This document shows, piece after piece, positions 57,827 through 64,000 of a stretch of 64,000 nt of DNA. Position 1 is the stretch's first letter. Each line of letters begins with the position of its first letter. Made by a program: the position numbers and the translations under genes. Origin of the DNA: Eledone cirrhosa (Eukaryota); NCBI GenBank assembly GCA_964016885.1, contig OZ024749.1:15562001-15626000 (forward strand), read 5' to 3'. The notes under the pieces were generated by a model, which made no database searches, was not told where the DNA came from, and saw only the letters and a list, made by a program, of their open reading frames with translations.

Positions 57827-59494
57827 GATATATATATATGGTGGCATAGTGTGTTGTGACATGCCTAGAGATTATTTGTTGTGATGCACTAATGTGTTGT
57901 ATCACACTATTGCGTTGTGGCATGTTATTGGTGACACACTAAAGTGTTTAAAGTGTTGTGACACACTAAACTGTTGCATCACACTATTGTGTTGTGACAT
58001 GTTACTGGTGACACACTAAAGTGTTGTGACACGCTAAAGTGTTTAAAGTGTTGTAATATACTAAACTGTTGTGACATACTAAACTGTTGTGACACACTAA
58101 ACTGTTGTGACACGCTAAAGTGTTTAAAGTGTTGTAATATACTAAACTGTTGTGACATACTAAACTGTTGTGACACACTAAAGTGTTTAAAGTGTTGTAA
58201 TATACTAAACTGTTGTGACACACTAAACTGTTGTGACACGCTAAAGTGTTTAAAGTGTTGTAATATACTAAACTGTTGTGACATACTAAACTGTTGTGAC
58301 ACACTAAAGTGTTTAAAGTGTTGTAATATACTAAACTGTTGTGACATACTAAACTGTTGTGACACACTAAAGTGTTTAAAGTGTTGTAATATACTAAACT
58401 GTTGTGACATACTAAACTGTTGTGACACTAAAGTGTTTAATAAAGTGTTGTAATATACTAAACTGTTGTGACACACTAAACTGTTGTGACACGCTAAAGT
58501 GTTTAAAGTGTTGTAATATACTAAACTGTTGTGACATACTAAACTGTTGTGACACACTAAAGTGTTTAAAGTGTTGTAATATACTAAACTGTTGTGACAT
58601 ACTAAACTGTTGTGACACACTAAAGTGTTTAAAGTGTTGTAATATACTAAACTGTTGTGATATACTAAACTGTTGTGACACACTAAAGTGTTGTGACACG
58701 CTAAAGTGTTTAAAGTGTTGTAATATACTAAACTGTTGACATACTAAACTGTTGTGACACACTAAACTGTTGTGACACACTAAAGTGTTTAAAGTGTTGT
58801 AATATACTAAACTGTTGTGACATACTAAACTGTTGTGACACACTAAAGTGTTTAAAGTGTTGTAATATACTAAACTGTTGTGACATACTAAACTGTTGTG
58901 ACACACTAAAGTGTTTAAAGTGTTGTAATATACTAAACTGTTGTGATATACTAAACTGTTGTGACACGCTAAAGTGTTTAAAGTGTTGTAATATACTAAA
59001 CTGTTGTGACATACTAAACTGTTGTGACACACTAAAGTGTTTAAAGTGTTGTAATATACTAAACTGTTGTGATATACTAAACTGTTGTGACACACTAAAG
59101 TGTTTAAAGTGTTGTAATATACTAAACTGTTGTGACATACTAAACTGTTGTGACACACTAAAGTGTTTAAAGTGTTGTAATATACTAAACTGTTGTGACA
59201 TACTAAACTGTTGTGACACATTAAAGTGTTTAAAGTGTTGTAATATACTAAACTGTTGTGATATACTAAACTGTTGTGACACTTTAAAGTGTTGTGACAT
59301 GCTAAACTGTTGTGACACGCTAAAGTGTTGTGATATTCTAAAGTGTTGTGACAAAGATTAGAAAATCTTTTGTTTATTTAGCGTTTATTTGATTCCCAGG
59401 TCAGTGTGCCCCAGGGTGGACAGCTGAGAAATCTCGCTGTTTCAGATACATGGGTGGTGTACAGACCTACTACAATGCCATCAGATACTGTCAG
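16990..59494 (+). CDS. bark: Multi-exon gene for a bark beetle/anakonda-like large extracellular protein (SRCR x3, CUB-like, beta-helix, C-type lectin); 3' part not found in window
   Basis: 13 exons read by hand, all bounded by AG/GT, with matching phases (0,2,1,1,0,1,0,1,1,1,2,1,0) summing to 7500 nt. Hydrophobic N-terminal signal peptide; three repeats of an (I/L)xPGxxLxF..G..V.G.L.A.G segment followed by an SRCR domain; recurring NFWG/NWWG motifs; C-type lectin start at the end. Orthology rests on domain architecture, not a search. Confidence 0.85.
18407..18677. mobile_element. hAT-type MITE
   Basis: TIRs CAGGGCCGGATTTA / TAAATCCTACCCTG (12/14 match); degenerate 8-bp TSD ccccaccc/tccctccc. 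Confidence 0.55.
20200..21705. repeat. 45-bp minisatellite (about 33 copies) derived from repeat family B
   Basis: Unit ttacagagtggactgggtgtattttatcatgacaccagctctaccact directly continues a family-B body at about 20030-20200. Confidence 0.95.
21738..21919 (+). CDS. bark: bark-like coding exon 2 (start of SRCR1)
   Basis: TATACAG|GGC; GSEEHGGRIVFTKD...ARLVDGNSTMDGRLQLSYRQKWRGVCTNYN; donor AA|GTAAGT; phase 2. Not in the frame shown by the ORF track. Confidence 0.85.
22625..22659 (-). ncRNA. Very small Penelope-type hammerhead motif
   Basis: Minus strand cttt-CTGATGA-AGGACCAGTGGCC-GAAAC-GTT-aag; stems are short. Confidence 0.45.
22920..23115 (-). mobile_element. tRNA-derived SINE (second family)
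   Basis: ttcagctgagt..ctggagcaatgtgaaatgaagtgt..tgct..aag.acacaac; related copies near 29970(+), 54670(+) and 57630(-). Confidence 0.55.
23269..23459 (+). CDS. bark: bark-like coding exon 3 (SRCR1)
   Basis: TCTCACAG|T; FTKEDANVTCRHLGF...PNCTGSEDSLTDC...LHIC; donor G|GTAAGT. Confidence 0.88.
23567..23774. mobile_element. piggyBac-type MITE (unexpanded, 208 bp)
   Basis: TTAA|CCCTTTAGCATTTA ... TAAATGCTAAAGGG|TTAA. Confidence 0.85.
25559..25626 (-). ncRNA. Degenerate hammerhead motif
   Basis: GAAATTAC-CTGATGA-(poorly paired stem II)-GAAAT-AAGT-ATA-GTGATTTC; 8-bp stem I is intact. Confidence 0.4.
25791..25851 (-). ncRNA. Minimal type I hammerhead motif in a non-palindromic copy of the 12880-13310 element
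   Basis: TATTTTAT-CTGATGA-GAGCGTACCAAAATTTTGGTACCCTT-GAAA-TATATATA-ATAGGATA; surrounding 25762-25985 is homologous to 12880-13110. Confidence 0.65.
26363..26722 (+). CDS. bark: bark-like coding exon 4
   Basis: TTCTAG|AT; DGQQTIGFECEG...HWRGIEF...ENCTIENNR; donor G|GTGAGT. Confidence 0.85.
26796..26839 (-). ncRNA. Minimal type I hammerhead motif (different subfamily)
   Basis: ATCGTC-CTGACGA-AGGC cagttaa GCCT-GAAA-TGCATA-GATGGT; palindromic ATGCAT at stem III. Confidence 0.6.
27681..28500 (-). mobile_element. Fragmented RTE-like LINE (3' end and RT C-terminal piece)
   Basis: (GAA)n tail with ASDRTRWKECLR at about 27681-27850; KTKIFVTYILLVVLYGLD..W...QKL..LQNHIMR at 28300-28433. Confidence 0.55.
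29191..29441 (+). CDS. bark: bark-like coding exon 5
   Basis: TTGCAG|GT; GDGMSVRSVMGLVKVEKSVIKRNWGDGIKY...FC...GCQH; donor CAT|GTAAGT. Confidence 0.83.
30804..31071 (+). CDS. bark: bark-like coding exon 6 (CUB-like)
   Basis: TTGCAG|AGA; RFSTHKGLHLTLHFLLLE...NGSYPQSVTTLSNHITIKF...TTND; donor G|GTAAGT. Confidence 0.83.
31058..32460. repeat. About 65-bp minisatellite that includes the exon-6 end and its splice donor
   Basis: Unit taccaatgatg|gtaagttgttattactactattactagtaactatactactactactactgtcac; period 65 at 31061, 31126, 31191, 31256 and onward. Confidence 0.93.
32600..32945 (+). mobile_element. Two tandem family-A SINE copies
   Basis: Two B-boxes (gttcaaatcc) with the shared body and tail. 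Confidence 0.7.
33026..34500 (+). CDS. bark: bark-like coding exon 7 (beta-helix, start of SRCR2)
   Basis: TTTTATAG|TT; contains ORF 33100; Asn-rich beta-helix, NFWG, IRLADGDNDREGRLEVDIDGSWGTVCRK; donor AAG|GTAGGT. Confidence 0.92.
35394..35640 (+). CDS. bark: bark-like coding exon 8 (SRCR2)
   Basis: GACAG|GGT; GWTQRNSILACNQLG...VTCSEDDVDLTKC...CNHDQDVYIRC; donor CAG|GTAGGT. Confidence 0.9.
35651..35899 (-). mobile_element. RTE-like LINE 3' end, 10 nt from the exon-8 donor
   Basis: Minus strand GYVVRMSQEKINGQILRAKPIGRRPRGRP*...MAASDRTHWKECLR plus (GAA)n tail; same family as 27681. Confidence 0.7.
36363..37082 (+). CDS. bark: bark-like coding exon 9
   Basis: TTGCAG|GA; GITLAAVPK...IDRAGMLDY...; donor G|GTAAGT. 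Confidence 0.88.
37905..40403 (+). CDS. bark: bark-like coding exon 10 (2.5 kb; beta-helix, SRCR3, CUB-like)
   Basis: TTTCAG|CA; within the 873-aa ORF; ENWWGT, IEPGAVLHFKPNVGILVLGALDARG, ARLSGGSTPNEGFLQ...ICRQLGF...CKGNEDSLDQC; donor G|GTATGT. Confidence 0.93.
40505..40840. repeat. Degenerate tandem repeat of about 52 bp
   Basis: Recurring gaggttctcattccaagatatctaggaaggg..gg..ttttcac. Confidence 0.65.
41140..41835. repeat. 46-48-bp minisatellite, about 15 copies
   Basis: Unit ctgttgtccagtttaacaccactacatggctcttgggtagagtcca. Confidence 0.9.
42052..42724 (+). CDS. bark: bark-like coding exon 11 (beta-helix)
   Basis: TTTCAG|AC; Asn-rich repeats (ITNNFF, ENYFFNN, SNFFHNN, NNYFVNP); donor AA|GTAAGT. 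Confidence 0.88.
42830..54665. repeat. 35-bp minisatellite, about 11.8 kb (roughly 340 units), filling intron 11
   Basis: Unit gtgactatatcccaccatcccagtacccacaatat with variants ccaacaat, ccaacact, ccaactat and a 32-bp deletion unit. Confidence 0.98.
54960..55114 (+). CDS. bark: bark-like coding exon 12
   Basis: TTTTTCCAG|G; KFSGSKEPIDARENWWGFREQYFIAAKIRDAANDKTLVPIDYKPY; donor G|GTATGT; phase matches across the 12-kb satellite intron. Confidence 0.87.
55232..55922. mobile_element. piggyBac-type MITE with an internal 60-bp unit expanded about 9 times
   Basis: TTAA|CCCTTTAGCATT ... CACTAAAGGG|TTAA; reverse-complement homolog of 23567-23774; 60-bp array at 55238-55765. Confidence 0.85.
56431..56671. 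repeat. Fold-back palindrome with a ~59-nt extra segment in one arm
   Basis: atagaatagaaaacg...tttccccggc [extra] gcaggttcgacggacacgtcta aatcat tagacgtgtccgtcgaacctgc cggggaaac...cgttttctattctat. Confidence 0.88.
57880..59352. repeat. 63-bp higher-order minisatellite (18+18+18+9)
   Basis: tgttgtaatatactaaac-tgttgtgacatactaaac-tgttgtgacacactaaag-tgtttaaag. Confidence 0.92.
59400..59494 (+). CDS. bark: bark-like coding exon 13 (start of C-type lectin domain)
   Basis: TTCCCAG|GT; GQCAPGWTAEKSRCFRYMGGVQTYYNAIRYCQ (CxxGW...C.....C lectin start); donor CAG|GTAAGA. Confidence 0.87.
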
Positions 59495-59724
59495 GTAAGA
59501 AATATTAATATGTTGGTGGTGGGTCATGGTGGGTCGTGGTGGTGGTGGTGGTGGTGGTGGTGGTGGTGGTGGGTCATGGTGGTTGGAGGTGTTGGTGGTG
59601 GTGGGGGTCGTGGTGGGGGGGGGGGGGGGGGGGTTAGAAAAAGCAACAGCTGAAACAATGTCATGTTATGAAAAACTGATGTCATAACTACTGCAGAAAG
59701 ATTGAAATGAAAATGGAACACATC

Positions 59725-61510
59725 TTAGCTAAGCAGTGAAATCACACACCTCTGGCCCTCAGCAGTCTGTCACTTTAGCTGAGCAGTGAAACCACACACC
59801 TCTGGCCCTCAGCAGTCTGTCACTTTAGCTGAGCAGTGAAATCACACACCTCTGGCCCTCAGCAGTCTATCACTTTAGCTGAGCAGTGAAATCACACACC
59901 TCTGGCCCTCAGCAGTCTATCACTTTAGCTGAGCAGTGAAATCACACACCTCTGGCCCTCAGCAGTCTGTCACTTTAGCTGAGCAGTGAAATCACACACC
60001 TCTGGCCCTCAGCAGTCTATCACTTTAGCTAAGCAGTGAAATCACACACCTCTGGCCCTCAGCAGTCTGTCACTTTAGCTGAGCAGTGAAACCACACACC
60101 TCTGGCCCTCAGCAGTCTGTCACTTTAGCTAAGCAGTGAAATCACACACCTCTGGCCCTCAGCAGTCTATCACTTTAGCTAAGCAGTGAAATCACACACC
60201 TCTGGCCCTCAGCAGTCTATCACTTTAGCTAAGCAGTGAAATCACACACCTCTGGCCCTCAGCAGTCTATCACTTTAGCTAAGCAGTGAAATCACACACC
60301 TCTGGCCCTCAGCAGTCTATCACTTTAGCTAAGCAGTGAAATCACACACCTCTGGCCCTCAGCAGTCTATCACTTTAGCTGAGCAGTGAAATCACACACC
60401 TCTGGCCCTCAGCAGTCTGTCACTTTAGCTAAGCAGTGAAATCACACACCTCTGGCCCTCAGCAGTCTGTCACTTTAGCTAAGCAGTGAAACCACACACC
60501 TCTGGCCCTCAGCAGTCTATCACTTTAGCTAAGCAGTGAAATCACACACCTCTGGCCCTCAGCAGTCTATCACTTTAGCTGAGCAGTGAAATCACACACC
60601 TCTGGCCCTCAGCAGTCTGTCACTTTAGCTAAGCAGTGAAATCACACACCTCTGGCCCTCAGCAGTCTGTCACTTTAGCTAAGCAGTGAAACCACACACC
60701 TCTGGCCCTCAGCAGTCTATCACTTTAGCTGAGCAGTGAAATCACACACCTCTGGCCCTCAGCAGTCTGTCACTTTAGCTGAGCAGTGAAATCACACACC
60801 TCTGGCCCTCAGCAGTCTATCACTTTAGCTAAGCAGTGAAACCACACACCTCTGGCCCTCAGCAGTCTATCACTTTAGCTGAGCAGTGAAATCACACACC
60901 TCTGGCCCTCAGCAGTCTATCACTTTAGCTAAGCAGTGAAATCACACACCTCTGGCCCTCAGCAGTCTGTCACTTTAGCTGAGCAGTGAAACCACACACC
61001 TCTGGCCCTCAGCAGTCTGTCACTTTAGCTGAGCAGTGAAATCACACACCTCTGGCCCTCAGCAGTCTATCACTTTAGCTAAGCAGTGAAATCACACACC
61101 TCTGGCCCTCAGCAGTCTATCACTTTAGCTAAGCAGTGAAATCACACACCTCTGGCCCTCAGCAGTCTGTCACTTTAGCTGAGCAGTGAAACCACACACC
61201 TCTGGCCCTCAGCAGTCTGTCACTTTAGCTGAGCAGTGAAACCACACACCTCTGGCCCTCAGCAGTCTGTCACTTTAGCTGAGCAGTGAAACCACACACC
61301 TCTGGCCCTCAGCAGTCTGTCACTTTAGCTGAGCAGTGAAATCACACACCTCTGGCCCTCAGCAGTCTGTCACTTTAGCTGAGCAGTGAAACCACACACC
61401 TCTGGCCCCCAGCAGTCTATCACTTTAGCTGAGCAGTGAAATCACACACCTCTGGCCCTCAGCAGTCTGTCACTTTAGCTGAGCAGTGAAATCACATACT
61501 TCTGGCTTTC
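59725..61510. repeat. 50-bp minisatellite, about 35 copies
   Basis: Unit ttagctgagcagtgaaatcacacacctctggccctcagcagtctgtcact. Confidence 0.96.
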
Positions 61511-61994
61511 AGCTGTCAAAAGTCTTTTAATGAGTGCCACTTCATCTGAACAGTGAAAACACATCCTCAGGAGTAAACAGTCAGTTAGTCTGGGTCACCT
61601 TAACTGGATCTCCAGTGAAAACATGCCTTTAGTCCTCAGGAGTCAACAGTCTGGGTCGCCTTAACTGGGTATCCAGGTAGGTTTTAAGAGCCTGTCTGTG
61701 CATGTTTAGTCTTATTCCTAACATCCGAAGCAGTGATATAAGAGTCTTTGTAATTAGAGAGGATTGTATGAAATAAATATTGTTCATATGACAAGAATTG
61801 AAAATTCCAGTTTTAAGATGTCAGTGTTGGATTCTGCTAACATGAATAGTTTAATAATTTCTTGTTGACACATATGACACACAGAGTTAATAATAATAAT
61901 GTCTCTCAAGGAAATGAAGAAATTATCCAAATATAAATATCTTGAAATAGAAATAATCCGAATGCTGATGATGAAAGCAGAAACAATTCCTATA

Positions 61995-63048
61995 ATAATT
62001 GTTTCTACTATTGGCACAAGGCCAGCAATTACCCAGTACATTACTGGTACTTTATTTTATCGACCCCGTAAGGATGAAAGGCAAAGTCAACCTCGGCAGG
62101 GTTTGAACTCAGATCGTAAAGGGACGTAACTATGTTGGAAAGCATGGCATCTGACCTTCTACCGATACTGCCAATCCACTGCCTTTAATTCCTATAATAA
62201 AGATTTCTACTATAGGCACAAGGCCAGTAATTCCTATAATAATAGGAGCTCTAGGAATGATAAAAACCCCACAGACAGACACATCACCAAAACTACAGGA
62301 CTTTCAGATATAAACACCATACAGAAAATAACACTACTATGTACTGCACACATATTACAAAGAATACTCTCAATACAACTGAAATAACAACACCAAAAAC
62401 AGCACTGCACATACCCACAGCTGTGCTCGGTAATGCAATAATGATTGTTTCTACTTTAGGTGCAAGGCCATCAATTACCCAGTACATTACTGGTACTTTA
62501 TTTTATCGACCCCGTAAGGATGAAAGGCAAAGTCAACCTCGGCGGGATTTGAACTCAGATTGTAAAGGGACGTAACTATGCTGGAAAGCATGGCGTCCGA
62601 CCCTCTACCGATACTGCCAATCTAATGCAATAATAATAATATTAGTTCCTACTTTTGGCACAAGGCCAACAATTATCCCAGTGTATTACTGGTACTTTAT
62701 TTTATCAACCCCGTAAGGATTAAAGGCAAAATTAACCTTGACGGGATTTGAACTCAGTCCATAAAGGGACGTAACTGTATTGCAAAGCATGGCGTCCGAC
62801 ACTCTACCGATACTGCCAATCCACCGCCCTAAATAATAATAATAATAATGATTTCTATTAGATGCACAAGGCCAGCAATTTTGGGGAAGGGGAAAGTCGA
62901 TTAAATCGACCCCAGTACATTACTGGTGCTTTATTTTATCGAACCTGTAAGGATGAAAGGCAAAGCTAACCTTGGTGAGATTTGAACTCAGAACATAAAG
63001 GGGGCTGTAACTCTATGCGGCAAAGTAGGTGTCCAATGCTCTACCGAT
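61995..63048 (-). mobile_element. Cluster of four co-oriented family-A SINEs
   Basis: Copies at about 61995-62185, 62440-62625, 62640-62830 and 62850-63048, each with ..ttgaactcag (B-box on minus strand). Confidence 0.8.
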
Positions 63049-63184
63049 TAGACTAGAAGTAAGTTAAATATATATGTGAGGTGTGTCATGTAAGTTAACT
63101 CTCCTCATTTTGGTTTTTGCCTCCCAGCTGAAGTAATTTCACTACTGACCTACATTAGAGGTCCCTAACCTTTTGTGCACCATG

Positions 63185-63384
63185 NNNNNNNNNNNNNNNN
63201 NNNNNNNNNNNNNNNNNNNNNNNNNNNNNNNNNNNNNNNNNNNNNNNNNNNNNNNNNNNNNNNNNNNNNNNNNNNNNNNNNNNNNNNNNNNNNNNNNNNN
63301 NNNNNNNNNNNNNNNNNNNNNNNNNNNNNNNNNNNNNNNNNNNNNNNNNNNNNNNNNNNNNNNNNNNNNNNNNNNNNNNNNNNN
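63185..63384. other. Assembly gap (about 200 N)
   Basis: Run of n characters. Confidence 0.99.
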
Positions 63385-63540
63385 GTATATGTATATGTAT
63401 ATGTATATATATATGTATATATATATGTATATTTTATATGTATATATATATGTATGTATATATATATGTATGTATATATATATGTATATATATATGTATG
63501 TATGTATATATGTATATATATATGTATGTATATATGTATG

Positions 63541-63601
<61 letters not shown>

Positions 63602-63741
63602 GTATATTTATATATATATATATGTATATTTATATATATATATATGTATATTTTATATATATATATATGTATATTTATATATATATATATGTATATTTAT
63701 ATATATATATATGTATATTTATATATATATATATGTATATT

Positions 63742-63826
<85 letters not shown>

Positions 63827-64000
63827 GTATATATATATATATGTATATATATGTATATATATATATATGTATATATATGTATATATATATATATGTATAT
63901 ATATGTATATATATATATGTATATATATATATATGTATATATATATGTATATATATATATATATGTATATATATGTATATATGTATATATATATATATAT

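Noticed and set aside
57979-59354. Repetitive ORFs (CHNSLV / SQQFS / CCNILNCCD) resembling Cys-rich proteins
   Set aside because: Translations of the 63-bp satellite, open in several frames.

Overview
Eukaryotic, AT-rich and very repeat-rich genomic DNA. The tRNA-derived SINEs, the (TA)n/(TATG)n tracts and the gene content suggest an octopus or other coleoid cephalopod (inference from recognition, not a search). One large + strand gene spans most of the window. Thirteen GT-AG coding exons between 16990 and 59494 splice in frame to 7500 nt (2500 codons) and the gene continues past the last exon found. The product has a signal peptide, three SRCR domains, CUB-like and Asn-rich beta-helix segments and the start of a C-type lectin domain, which is the architecture of bark beetle/anakonda. 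The upstream region and introns hold a 5'-truncated CR1-group LINE, RTE-LINE 3' ends, a Penelope-like GIY-YIG relic, Tc1/mariner, hAT and piggyBac MITEs, many SINEs and at least eight minisatellites (one about 11.8 kb). The most notable non-obvious signal is a family of about 10 minimal type I hammerhead ribozyme motifs with covarying stems, most with a conserved C-C mismatch in stem II. Two pairs form the arms of long fold-back palindromes next to (TA)n tracts, and three copies are on the sense strand just upstream of the first coding exon. Also notable are minisatellites that arose inside MITEs and two arrays that tandemly copy authentic splice donors.
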